A stretch of DNA of 64,000 nt, from the NCBI GenBank assembly GCA_965216635.1, contig OZ244188.1, positions 2,080,001 through 2,144,000 on the forward strand, in the 5' to 3' direction. Below the pieces are notes generated by a model. It was not told the origin of the DNA and searched no databases. It was given only the letters and a program-made list of their open reading frames with translations. Positions 19,464 to 29,226 of this stretch are shown here, piece after piece; the stretch's first letter is position 1; each line of letters starts with the position of its first letter. The position numbers were made by a program, and so were the translations under genes. The DNA is from a bacterium. Its GTDB lineage: Bacteria; SAR324; XYD2-FULL-50-16; G965216635.

Positions 19464-20614
19464 GTTTTTATTTTTAAATAATTTTTTAGTCCGAAATTTC
19501 TAATAAAAAAGAATTTTCCTTTTAAGCCCTGCTTACGACAGACCATACTGTAATATTGCTTTAAAATATCATAATTATCCTTTTGCCCTGTAGACACAGA
19601 TTTTTTAGCTATCGCAAAAAAATTTGGACTAACACAAGCAATGTGTTTAATTTTAATTTTAGTTATTTTATTTTGCTTGTGGCGAATCTTTTCTTTTTTT
19701 TCAATAAAATCTGCAATCAAGGCTAATAGATTGTACTGGTTTAAACATTTATTTTTAGCCTCCAATATTTTATTTTGAGACATTTCAAAAGTGTTGTTTT
19801 TGATAATATTTTCTATAAGTGAAATAGTTTTATCTGTTTGTGTTAAATCTATTAGACTTAAGCTATTTTTATCAAAATAGCGATAAATATTGGAGCAACC
19901 GTAATAAATCGGATAACAAAAAGAAAGAAATGCATCGGATAGTTTTTCTGTCCAGTAATCTTTATGTGATGAATTTTCTAGCGCAATATGGTACTTATAA
20001 GGAGCCAAAGCATCCCATTTGTCCTCTATTTCCTTTATCCCTCTTCCAAAAACATCTATTTTATCACCAAAATATTGTTGTAGTTTTTGAAGGAAATCCA
20101 TTCTTTTTTGATATTCTGGTAGGAATGATTTTTTAGAGCAAATCACAGAAAGCAATTTTGTTTTTTTAGGTTGTTGCATCCTCACGAGCTCATCATAATC
20201 TTTACTAAAAGAGATATTTTTATGCTTGCGTTGTTGCCTACCTATATGCCAAGGCAATCCTTGTTGGTATAAAGTATTATTTTTGTGCTGGATATAATCG
20301 TGACAACTAATAATATTGGCAAACTGGTCTGTAAAAGATTTTTTGTATTGCAGTATATGAGGCGGTTCATTTGAAATCAGCAAGGTATTTTCTCTAGCAC
20401 AAACCGCTGTTTCTGTTTTTAATAGTTGTCCATAGACCACCCAATAATCGCACTCCTTGATATTTTTGTTGATATAAAACTTACAGTTTCCCCATTCACT
20501 AGAGTTATTGGGAGTCTGGCGTTCAACAGGTAAAAATTTCCATTCAAAATTTAATTTTACTATTATTTTTTTCATAAACCATTTCCTTGATAAAGACTGT
20601 TGAAAGTAGAACAA
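19457..20614 (-). CDS. GT10-like glycosyltransferase (true start possibly the internal MKKII)
   Basis: YKYHIALENS..DYWTEKLSDAF...PIYYG motif of the GT10 family. Confidence 0.8.
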   Translation of the reverse strand: MFYFQQSLSRKWFMKKIIVKLNFEWKFLPVERQTPNNSSEWGNCKFYINKNIKECDYWVVYGQLLKTETAVCARENTLLISNEPPHILQYKKSFTDQFANIISCHDYIQHKNNTLYQQGLPWHIGRQQRKHKNISFSKDYDELVRMQQPKKTKLLSVICSKKSFLPEYQKRMDFLQKLQQYFGDKIDVFGRGIKEIEDKWDALAPYKYHIALENSSHKDYWTEKLSDAFLSFCYPIYYGCSNIYRYFDKNSLSLIDLTQTDKTISLIENIIKNNTFEMSQNKILEAKNKCLNQYNLLALIADFIEKKEKIRHKQNKITKIKIKHIACVSPNFFAIAKKSVSTGQKDNYDILKQYYSMVCRKQGLKGKFFFIRNFGLKNYLKIKTW

Positions 20615-20757
20615 TAGCAGATATTCTAGTTCGGCTAAGCTACGTCAATTTTTTTTTACCTTGTATAGTTTTCCTATAATACTAAAGTTCAACATTCTCT
20701 AATATCTATTACACTATTAAATCAAAAAATGAAAATGATTTTTTTAACAAAACACCA

Positions 20758-21450
20758 ATGAATCAAATAAAATTATCCGTGGGAGAAAGCCTACCTGAGT
20801 GGAAAGAAAAACTACCCCCTCCAAAAACAAAAATGATGGGGAACTATTGTTGCCTTTATCCCTTAGATCTAAAAAAGCATAGCTACTCTTTATTTGAATC
20901 TTTCTGTAGAGACAAAAAAAATCTCAACTGGACCTATTTGCCTTATGGGCCCTTTGAAAATCACAAAGATTTTAAAAAATGGCTTGTAGGCTCGTGTTTA
21001 GGAGAAGATCCTCTTTTTTTCGTTGTAGTCAAAAAAGATATAGTAGTAGGATTGGCGAGTTATTTAAGAATAAAACCAGAGGTAGGAGTCATAGAAATAG
21101 GACATATTCATTTTTCTCCTATTCTCCAAAAAACCCGCGCCTCTGTGGAGGCTATCTACTTAATGATGAAAAGAGTATTTGACGAAATGGGTTATAGACG
21201 ATTTGAATGGAAATGCGATTTTTTAAATAAACGATCTTGCGAAGCTGCCAAAAAGTTTGGTTTTCAATTTGAAGGAGTTTTTAGGCAACTAACTATTTAT
21301 AAAGGACGCAATAGAGATACCGCTTGGTTTTCTGTCTTAGACAAAGACTGGAGAAAAATAAAACAAAATTATGAAAAATGGCTTTGTGCTGAAAATTTTG
21401 ATGAAAAGAACGAACCAATTCTATCTCTGCGTTCTTTAATGATGAGCTAA
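20758..21450 (+). CDS. GNAT (RimJ/RimL-like) acetyltransferase
   Basis: WTYLPYGPF, IEIGHI, GYRRFEWKC, KGRNRDTAWFS. Confidence 0.9.
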   Translation: MNQIKLSVGESLPEWKEKLPPPKTKMMGNYCCLYPLDLKKHSYSLFESFCRDKKNLNWTYLPYGPFENHKDFKKWLVGSCLGEDPLFFVVVKKDIVVGLASYLRIKPEVGVIEIGHIHFSPILQKTRASVEAIYLMMKRVFDEMGYRRFEWKCDFLNKRSCEAAKKFGFQFEGVFRQLTIYKGRNRDTAWFSVLDKDWRKIKQNYEKWLCAENFDEKNEPILSLRSLMMS

Positions 21451-21454
21451 AAAG

Positions 21455-22078
21455 CTAGATCTGTTTTTGAAACTCGTCCCAACTTGCCACACGGGTACAA
21501 CCTATGGGTAACTTTTCTTTTTGGTTGTAGGGTTTGGTAAGCAAAAAAACTCTTGCTTGAGATACTGACTCCAAAACCTCGTTACAGTTCATCATCAAAT
21601 CATCTAAAAAAATAATTTCTGAGTTTTTTTCCATCTTTTGCAAAATAATCTCGGATTTCAAAGGGTAGTTAGGATCACCATATTTATCAAAGCCTGCAAA
21701 TGAAATACCTTGATAAGAAAAACCCCGATATTTCAGATTTTTTTCTCTGGCAAATTTTCTTTTTTCAGAAAGGTTGGTGATCAAATAGACGGGATATTTT
21801 TGAGCAATTTGATTATAGGAATAAGTATCTACAAGAGCATTTAAAGTAGAAAAATAATCACTAACAAAAAAATCTTCCATCACACCGCCACGCTGCAGTA
21901 ATTTTTCTAGTTCCAGTTGTCCAGCCTCTTTCTTTCCTTGGCTCAAAACAAAGTTGGTATGATAATTTTCTACTGCACCGTCTAATTCTATGGAGTATTT
22001 GTCTTTTAGATAAAGAGAAAAGTTAGTATGGAAATCCAGTAAAACTCCGTCTACATCTAAAAATATTTGTTTCTTCAT
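21455..22078 (-). CDS. HAD superfamily hydrolase (5'-nucleotidase-like)
   Basis: FLDVDGVLLDF, FLDD, PYN, RVASWDE. Confidence 0.75.
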   Translation of the reverse strand: MKKQIFLDVDGVLLDFHTNFSLYLKDKYSIELDGAVENYHTNFVLSQGKKEAGQLELEKLLQRGGVMEDFFVSDYFSTLNALVDTYSYNQIAQKYPVYLITNLSEKRKFAREKNLKYRGFSYQGISFAGFDKYGDPNYPLKSEIILQKMEKNSEIIFLDDLMMNCNEVLESVSQARVFLLTKPYNQKEKLPIGCTRVASWDEFQKQI

Positions 22079-22129
22079 TATTTATAAGCTGTATAGGAAG
22101 ATTATTTTAATAACAGCCAAACTAGAATG

Positions 22130-22771
22130 TTAATTCAAAGGTCTTTCTATATTTTTGTGTTGTATTTTTTGGCGAATAAACCAATAAAACCTCGCTATTT
22201 CTGCGAGAACTAAGGGTGAAAAGTAAATAATAGCTCTTTGATAGTTACCCTTATCTTTAGCGGTAATATGAAAAAAAAGGAGAATAATCACGAGGTAGAC
22301 GAGCCTATGAAGTTTTTTCCAGTTTTTCTTTCTCATTTTTTTTATAACCCAATCAAAACTGGTTAGAGCTAATAAAAATAAAATACTAAGAGCGACAGCT
22401 CCAATAATAACAAAATTTCTCTGAAAACCAGAGAAAAAATTCTCTACAGAGCCAGTGTCTATAAAATAAACGCTAAAATGCAGTAATGCATAAAAAAAGC
22501 TGCTTACTCCAAAAATTCTTTTGTGAATATTAAAAACTCTTATTGGAATTTTAGCAGGTAAAAAAATTTGTAAAGGAGAAATCCAAAGAGTGATTAAAAG
22601 CAAACAAACTGCAACATTTCCAAAGTAAAACAAAATAGTTTCTAACGGGTTGGCTAGGTTAATACCACTTGTTAGGATATTATAGGCTAGATAAAAAATA
22701 GGGAGTAAAACTCCAACGCGAAAAATCCATTTTTGTTTGAGTAATTTTAGCATTATTTTTTGTTTGTACAT
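22130..22771 (-). CDS. msrQ: MsrQ/YedZ-like heme membrane protein
   Basis: LWISPL, FFYALLHF, LALTS, WKKLHRLVY. Confidence 0.85.
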   Translation of the reverse strand: MYKQKIMLKLLKQKWIFRVGVLLPIFYLAYNILTSGINLANPLETILFYFGNVAVCLLLITLWISPLQIFLPAKIPIRVFNIHKRIFGVSSFFYALLHFSVYFIDTGSVENFFSGFQRNFVIIGAVALSILFLLALTSFDWVIKKMRKKNWKKLHRLVYLVIILLFFHITAKDKGNYQRAIIYFSPLVLAEIARFYWFIRQKIQHKNIERPLN

Positions 22772-24192
22772 TTGTCTTTAAAAAAATCCACCAAACTAGC
22801 AACCGTAGAGTGATTTTTCCCCCACAAAATCCACTCCTCGCCTATAGCAAGGTTACTTTCCAAGTGAAAAGAAATAGAAATCACCAAAGTTTGCTTTGCT
22901 AGTTTAAGAATTGCCTTCAATGGTTCTAGTAATTCTTGGGCGAGCTGTTTATCCAGTATAAAAACAATACTGCGTCCTTTAACCAATTCTTTTAACTGCT
23001 GAAAATGATTTTTCTCTAGTATTTTTTGCAAATTCAAACTTTGTTGGCTAAAAAATTGCGGTTGTTTTTGCAGAGCTTTAGAAATACTTTTTTCATTTTC
23101 TTCTTTTTCCGTAGTGAGAATAACAAAGGAATCTATCATCGCAATCTGTTTAAATATTCTTCTATCAATAAAATTACGATTGATTTGAATTACTTCCTTT
23201 GAATCTGGAAGAGGCGTGTCCTTCACTTTTCCCTCCAACAATTTTTTTTGCCAAGCCACAATTTTTTTTTGCCGAATACCTGCTATTTCTTCGTTTTCTT
23301 GGAAATAACCTTTTATACCATCCACCAAGCCTTTATGAAAAGCCATTTCTTTTTTGAACTGATAGCAGCTAATGAGTATATCGTGTCCCGCTCCGAGTGT
23401 TTTTTTTGCAATCATTTCTGGTGACATTCTTTGGCTAATGCCTCTCATTTCCAAACAATCGCTAAAAATCAACCCCCTAAACCCCAATTTATCTTTCAAA
23501 TAATTTTGGATAATTTTTGCAGAAAAAGTAGCTAAATTCTCTTCGTCTAATTCTGGATAAAACACATGACTGCTCATCACTCCTTGTTGTTCTTGAATGA
23601 GAAGATCTTGATAACAGCTAATACTCAATTCTAAATCATCCGTATTTCCTTCAAAACAAGATTTTTCTTTGTGGGGGTCTTGAACGACTTTATAGAGTCC
23701 GGGAAAATGTTTACCAACACAATAAATTCCCAATTCTCTGTGCTGTTCTACAAAAATTCTGTTGTATTCGTTAATGAGTTGGCTGTCAGGAAAAAAACCT
23801 CTATTTTGGATAGCAGGCGAAACAGGGAAGCCTTCAAAATCCAAAACGGGAGCTAGATTGATATGAAATCCAAAATAATTTAAAGTCTCTGCAATAGACT
23901 GCACAGCTTGTTTTATATGCTGCCAATGAAAAGTTTTCCCCATACTTTTTGCAGAGGCTATCACTGGAATATCTTCAGAAAAGCGAATTACTACTCCGCC
24001 TTCATAGTCTATAATTAGAAGTATTTCTGGATCAAAATTTTTAATCTGGCAAATAAGTTCTTTTAGCTGATTCTTGTTTTTAATATTTTTTTGAAACAGA
24101 ATAGTACCTATAGGTTTGATTGCTTTCCAAAAAACAATTGTTTCTTTCGGCAAGGAGTATCCATCAAATCCAAGAATCAAAGGCAAATACAT
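22753..24192 (-). CDS. nagZ: Beta-N-acetylhexosaminidase (GH3)
   Basis: DYEGG, NLAPVLD, KHFPG..DPH, FSDCLEM. Confidence 0.85.
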   Translation of the reverse strand: MYLPLILGFDGYSLPKETIVFWKAIKPIGTILFQKNIKNKNQLKELICQIKNFDPEILLIIDYEGGVVIRFSEDIPVIASAKSMGKTFHWQHIKQAVQSIAETLNYFGFHINLAPVLDFEGFPVSPAIQNRGFFPDSQLINEYNRIFVEQHRELGIYCVGKHFPGLYKVVQDPHKEKSCFEGNTDDLELSISCYQDLLIQEQQGVMSSHVFYPELDEENLATFSAKIIQNYLKDKLGFRGLIFSDCLEMRGISQRMSPEMIAKKTLGAGHDILISCYQFKKEMAFHKGLVDGIKGYFQENEEIAGIRQKKIVAWQKKLLEGKVKDTPLPDSKEVIQINRNFIDRRIFKQIAMIDSFVILTTEKEENEKSISKALQKQPQFFSQQSLNLQKILEKNHFQQLKELVKGRSIVFILDKQLAQELLEPLKAILKLAKQTLVISISFHLESNLAIGEEWILWGKNHSTVASLVDFFKDKCTNKK

Positions 24193-24200
24193 AAATAAAA

Positions 24201-25340
24201 ATGAGAAAAATTAGTGATTGTTACAAATTGGAGAAAAAAAGAATTTTAGGGTTAATGTCTGGCACTTCACTAGACGGTTTAGATTTAGCAGATGTTTCTT
24301 TTCAAAGCAAGAATAAAATCACAAAAATTATTTTTCATTCTTATCAATTTTTTCCTTATGACAAAAAACAAAGAAACCAAATACTCCAAGCCATGCAAGG
24401 TAGCTCCAAGCAACTTTGTCAAATCCACTACGAGCTCGGTAAATTCTTTGCAAAATGCGTTTTAAAATACCTCAAAAAAAAATCTCTAGCCGCAAACAGC
24501 TTTTCTTTGATTGCAAGCCACGGACAAACATTTTACCACTGTAAAAATATAGGCAGCCTACAGCTAGGAGAAGCCGATATTTTAGCACACGAGACGCAAA
24601 TCCCAGTTGTCTTTGATTTTCGCCCAGCAGACATTGCCAGCGGTGGAGACGGCGCCCCTTTGGCACCCTACTTTGACCAGTATCTACAAAGCCAATTAAA
24701 ATTTCCAGCATTGTTTTTAAACCTAGGTGGTATAGCCAACTTTTCTATTATTTTAGGGAAAAAAATGATTTTTAGCGATACTGGTCCTGCAAATATACTC
24801 CTCAATCTCGCCTTAGAGCGGTATAGCGGTGGAAAAATAAGCTACGACAAGAATGGAAAATTTGCTAAAAAAGGGAAAGTGATTCCTATTTTATTTAAAG
24901 AGCTATTAAAACATCCTTATCTAAAACTTCCTATTCCAAAAACCACAGGACACGAGACATTCGGAATGGATTTTATAGCACAGATTTTTAAAAACCATCC
25001 AAAAATACTCATAGAAGATATGCTTAAAACTTTAAGTATCTTTAGTGCTAAAACGGTAAGCGATGCTTGTAAAAAATACCTTTGTTTTAAAGATAGCACT
25101 GTAATTGTTAGCGGAGGAGGAGCTGAAAATCCCGTTTTAATGCAGCAGTTAAAAGAAAATTTTGCTCCCTACAGGGTAAAAAATTTTGAGGATTTTTTTG
25201 GATTCAGTGGTGAAGCTAAAGAATCGGTTGCTTTCGCTTATTTTGCTTATGAAAAATTCCATTCTTCCCGTTGGTCTCCTTTAGCTAAAAAAAGTTTTGG
25301 TAAATTAGCTTTTCCTTTTTGCCCGATTTTTACCACTTGA
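24201..25340 (+). CDS. anmK: Anhydro-N-acetylmuramic acid kinase
   Basis: GLMSGTSLDGLD, SHGQT, DFR..D...GGDGAPL, NLGGIAN, DTGPAN, EAKE. Confidence 0.95.
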   Translation: MRKISDCYKLEKKRILGLMSGTSLDGLDLADVSFQSKNKITKIIFHSYQFFPYDKKQRNQILQAMQGSSKQLCQIHYELGKFFAKCVLKYLKKKSLAANSFSLIASHGQTFYHCKNIGSLQLGEADILAHETQIPVVFDFRPADIASGGDGAPLAPYFDQYLQSQLKFPALFLNLGGIANFSIILGKKMIFSDTGPANILLNLALERYSGGKISYDKNGKFAKKGKVIPILFKELLKHPYLKLPIPKTTGHETFGMDFIAQIFKNHPKILIEDMLKTLSIFSAKTVSDACKKYLCFKDSTVIVSGGGAENPVLMQQLKENFAPYRVKNFEDFFGFSGEAKESVAFAYFAYEKFHSSRWSPLAKKSFGKLAFPFCPIFTT

Positions 25341-25366
25341 AACTACTAGCAAAAATAAAATACTAT

Positions 25367-25535
25367 GAGACTGTTGAATTTGCATTATAGGAAAGCTAGA
25401 CAAGGCGCGAAAATTTTTTACCCAAGAGGAATACTTCAGTATTCCTACGAGCTAAAAATTTTTTTCGCACCTGTTCTAACCATTTGGCTAGCCGTCACAG
25501 CTGGTTTTGTCCTATTTGGCAAATTCAAAGGTCTA
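25367..25535. mobile_element. Chimeric MITE (left half as the pyk copy, right half as the 8714 copy)
   Basis: gagactgttgaatttgc / gcaaattcaaaggtcta flanked by direct repeat tactat (25361-25366, 25536-25541). Confidence 0.85.
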
Positions 25536-25549
25536 TACTATATTATAAA

Positions 25550-26230
25550 ATGATACAAGTAACTATTATAATTTTTGCTGTTTTATTGGCTCTTTTACCA
25601 CAATTTTGGGTAAAAAAAGTTTTTGCAAAATACCAAAAAGATACCAGTGATATTCAAGGCACTGGAGGTGAATTAGCAATCCATTTATTGAAAAAATTGG
25701 CAATCAAAAATATTAAAATAGTAGAGGGAGCTTTGCCAGATTCTTACGATCCACAGACAAAAAAATTGCACTTAAATTCTAAAACTTACAAAGGTAAATC
25801 TCTTTGTGCTATCACTATTGTTGCTCACGAAATAGGGCATGTTATTCAAGATTGCTCTAATAGTATGCTGCTAAAAACAAGGATTTTTTTTGTGAAATTG
25901 GTACGAAATATTTCCATTGTAGGCAGCACACTTTTAATTTTATCCCCCTTGCTGTTCGCTTTCAGACCAGGTATAGGCTTGATGGCTCTTTTTTTTTATC
26001 TAGGCACTGCCCTACTGAGTGTTTTGGTGCACCTACTCACTCTGCCTTTAGAGTGGGACGCGAGTTTTTCTAAAGCCCTACCCTTACTTATCAGCGGCAA
26101 ATATATCACCAAAAAGCAACTCCCCGCAGCAAGAGAAATTCTCACAGCGGCTGTTTTTACCTATCTAGCTGCCGCTTTAAACAATATCCTTTTTGTGACA
26201 TTTCACTGGAAAAGGCTTTTGCGCCGATGA
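25550..26230 (+). CDS. Membrane zinc metallopeptidase (YugP-like); the ORF-track N-terminus is MITE sequence
   Basis: TGGELA, DSYDP, AHEIGH, TLPLEWDAS, AAVFTYLA. Confidence 0.88.
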   Translation: MIQVTIIIFAVLLALLPQFWVKKVFAKYQKDTSDIQGTGGELAIHLLKKLAIKNIKIVEGALPDSYDPQTKKLHLNSKTYKGKSLCAITIVAHEIGHVIQDCSNSMLLKTRIFFVKLVRNISIVGSTLLILSPLLFAFRPGIGLMALFFYLGTALLSVLVHLLTLPLEWDASFSKALPLLISGKYITKKQLPAAREILTAAVFTYLAAALNNILFVTFHWKRLLRR

Positions 26231-26261
26231 ATAATCAGAGATGAATAATCAAAATTTAAAC

Positions 26262-26320
26262 TAGACCTTTGAATTTGCCAAATAGAACAAAACTAGCTGC
26301 GACGGCTAGGCTAGGCAAAT
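26262..26320. mobile_element. Partial MITE-like repeat
   Basis: tagacctttgaatttgccaaatagaacaaaactagctgcgacggctag. Confidence 0.7.
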
Positions 26321-26360
26321 TTTTTTTAAGAAAAAACACCAAAATTTAGCTGATTCATAA

Positions 26361-27263
26361 ATGAAAAACTTTATCTACAACCTAAACAATAATCTTCTCT
26401 TATTTGCAACTGCAATAGTTTGGGGTTCTACCTTTCTTTTCCAAAAAACAGCTATGGAAGAGCTGGGTCCTTATTATTTTACAGGGTTTCGCTTTTTATT
26501 AGGTACTTTCGTCCTTTTTCCATTTTTTTATAAAGGTTTTTCCAAATTAGAAAAAAAAGACAAATTCAAAACTATTCAATACGGGAGTATAGCAGGAGTC
26601 ATTTTATTTGGAGGAACCATCCTACAACAAATAGGTTTGGTTGTAGCCACTGTGAATAAAGCCTCTTTTATAACCACACTTTATATCTGTCTAGTTCCTC
26701 TCATGAATTTATTTTTCAAAAAAAAAGTATCTTTAATACAATGGACTGGGATTTTTTTGGCGGTATTAGGTTTTTATTTTTTGACGATTCAAGATAAATT
26801 TATTCTCGCAGCAGAAGATACTATTTTACTGTTTGGTGCTTTGATGTGGGCTTTCCATATTCTCTGGATTGATTATGCTATTAAAAGAAAATCTTACCTT
26901 TTTCAAATTGCTTTTTTCCAAGTTTTTCTGGTTTGTATTTTGAGTTTTATTCTGGCTTTTTTTTTAGAAACATTTCATTGGCAATCTGTAAAAAATGTAT
27001 CTATAGAAATTTTTTATGCGGGAGCTTTTTCAGTGGCAATTGCTTTTACTTTACAAATTAAGGCTCAACAAAGAAATCATCCCACGTATGCTTCCCTAGT
27101 TTTTTCTACAGAAGCTGTTTTTGCCACTTTTTTTAGTTGGGTGTTTTTAAGCGAAATTCTGACACCGAGACATATTTTGGGTTCAACAATTATTTTTTCA
27201 GGGATTATGATTTGTCAATTACGGTGGAAAGTTATTATGAGTTTTTGGAAAAAAACTAAATAA
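26361..27263 (+). CDS. DMT/EamA family transporter
   Basis: IVWGSTF, two EamA halves, about 10 hydrophobic segments. Confidence 0.9.
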   Translation: MKNFIYNLNNNLLLFATAIVWGSTFLFQKTAMEELGPYYFTGFRFLLGTFVLFPFFYKGFSKLEKKDKFKTIQYGSIAGVILFGGTILQQIGLVVATVNKASFITTLYICLVPLMNLFFKKKVSLIQWTGIFLAVLGFYFLTIQDKFILAAEDTILLFGALMWAFHILWIDYAIKRKSYLFQIAFFQVFLVCILSFILAFFLETFHWQSVKNVSIEIFYAGAFSVAIAFTLQIKAQQRNHPTYASLVFSTEAVFATFFSWVFLSEILTPRHILGSTIIFSGIMICQLRWKVIMSFWKKTK

Positions 27264-27360
27264 GAGTTTTATCAAAGATAGGAGAAAGGTTGTTTTTTTA
27301 TTTAGTTTTTTGTGATTTTTTTTTTTATTTTCACCTTTTTGTCAATCTTTTTGTTTTTTA

Positions 27361-27500
27361 GTATTGATTTTAAAGGAGAATTATAATATTATATGGTTTT
27401 TAGATAGATTTTAGAGCTATATTTCTTTTTTTTAGTGTTGACTTTAAAGGAGAATTATAATATTATATGGTTTTTAGATAGATTTTAGATCTATATTTTC
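27361..27500 (+). promoter_or_regulatory. Tandemly duplicated (74-bp period) promoter of OMP paralog 1
   Basis: TTGATT-N17-TATTAT at 27364-27392 and TTGACT-N17-TATTAT at 27438-27466. Confidence 0.6.
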
Positions 27501-27528
27501 TTATGTTTAATTTAAATTAAAAAACAAA

Positions 27529-28908
27529 ATGTCAAATAAAATTACAGGTAAAATTACTGGTAAAATGCCAAATAAAATGAATAGTAAAAATTTTACTGGT
27601 TTGTTTGCTGGGTCGGTTATGGGTTCGGTTATTGGCTCGTTTAAAGCTGTGCTTTTAGTGGGTTTGCTCTTTTCTATTGTAGCAGGGGTGGCTAGCTTAA
27701 AAGCCCAAGAGGGAAACCAAGCAAGACAGCAGGGTTGGTTTGTTGGTGTTAGTCCTTTTGTGATGGATGTAAAACTCAAAAAAACAAGCAGGCGAGTAAG
27801 TGAGGAAAGGACGCAAGAACGCGAAGTAGTAAGTGAGGATATAGGTGTTACTGCAAATGATATTATCTACGACGCCACTGTGCCTGACTTTCTCGTAAAT
27901 GATCTTCACAAAGCACGATTCGGTCTCAGGTTGTTGTCCTCTGAAAAGAACCTACAAATTGCCAATACTGCAATCCGTCATGCTAAATCCTTGTGTAAAA
28001 ACGGTGAAATACTCATAACAACAGAAGATATTTTCCGTTTAAAAAGCTACGACGCAACGGAAAGCTTGACAGATGACCTGAGCCAACTCTTACAAAACAC
28101 ACCAGCAACAACCATTGGCACTAGCACAGCGTCCCAAGATGCAGCAGCTCCTCTTTGTGAAGCTTTTTTTGAGTCTGGTTTATCTTCTAATTCAATGTCA
28201 CGCATAATCTCAGACGACACAACAAAACTACCAGACAAAACCTCAGAAGAAACCACAGAAGAAACCTCAAAACTCAAGGGAACAGGAATCTCGTTTGGTT
28301 TTAACTTTGAAAAATACTCCTTGTCTTTCAACCAACTCCAATGGAGCGCAGGAGACGACAAACTGCAAGCCCAAGTGCTTTTAGCCCGTTACTTTCTACC
28401 CTACGGTCTTTCTGTAGGAGGGGGTTTAGCGAGCGCAAAGCTAGGCACTTCTTTTGGATCGGCATCGGGCACAGCCCCCGCCTTGCATTTTGCCTACAAC
28501 CGAGCCATTACAAAAAACTTGCAAGTAGAGGTAGGTTTATTTTGGCTAGGGCTGGATCTTGCAGTGCAGGATATCCAGATCATTAATTCTACTCCTACGA
28601 CTACGACTACAACTACTCCTACGACTACTACTGCTCCTAATTTCCAAAGGAGAGCCATCGTTGGTCTGTCGCAGGTAGTAAGTGGTGGCGCAAACAACTA
28701 TTTCGCGCAAGCAGGTACTCTTATAGTTAACGGGGTTCCACAAGGAGATTATGATACTAGAATAGTGGTTACCGCAAAGATTCCCGGTGGAGTGAGCACA
28801 ACAACGACTACCACTACAACAACTACTGAGAGCGGACAACACCACCAAACCGCAGAAATCAAAAACCCCGCCACCATTAGCATAAATTTCATCTGGCGCT
28901 TTCGTTAA
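27529..28908 (+). CDS. Putative outer-membrane beta-barrel protein with two variable insertions, paralog 1
   Basis: Signal peptide, GWFVGVSPF first strand, barrel-like core, Thr-rich linkers, terminal ISINFIWRFR. Confidence 0.65.
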   Translation: MSNKITGKITGKMPNKMNSKNFTGLFAGSVMGSVIGSFKAVLLVGLLFSIVAGVASLKAQEGNQARQQGWFVGVSPFVMDVKLKKTSRRVSEERTQEREVVSEDIGVTANDIIYDATVPDFLVNDLHKARFGLRLLSSEKNLQIANTAIRHAKSLCKNGEILITTEDIFRLKSYDATESLTDDLSQLLQNTPATTIGTSTASQDAAAPLCEAFFESGLSSNSMSRIISDDTTKLPDKTSEETTEETSKLKGTGISFGFNFEKYSLSFNQLQWSAGDDKLQAQVLLARYFLPYGLSVGGGLASAKLGTSFGSASGTAPALHFAYNRAITKNLQVEVGLFWLGLDLAVQDIQIINSTPTTTTTTTPTTTTAPNFQRRAIVGLSQVVSGGANNYFAQAGTLIVNGVPQGDYDTRIVVTAKIPGGVSTTTTTTTTTTESGQHHQTAEIKNPATISINFIWRFR

Positions 28909-28925
28909 GGGCACTTTTAAAGAAA

Positions 28926-29053
28926 ATTGCAGGGGACATTTTTTTTGCTTATTCAACCATTTTGGGCAAAAAATGTGTCCCCGTTCTTAAATAAGAAGGT
29001 ATTTTTGCGGGGACACATTTTTATCTACCGATAAAAAAATGTCCCCTGCAATA
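28926..29053. repeat. Nested inverted repeats of GGGGACA boxes
   Basis: ttgcaggggacattttttt / aaaatgtgtccccg / cggggacacatttt / aaaaaaatgtcccctgcaa. Confidence 0.8.
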
Positions 29054-29226
29054 TTTTTGTTTTTTTATTTAGTTTTTTGTGATTTTTCTTTTTATTTTCA
29101 CCTTTTTGTCTATCTTTTTGTTTTTTAGTATTGATTTTAAAGGAGAATTTGATTATTATATGGTTTTTAGATAGATTTTAGAGCTATATTTCTTTTTATT
29201 ATGCTTAATTTAAATTAAAAAACAAA

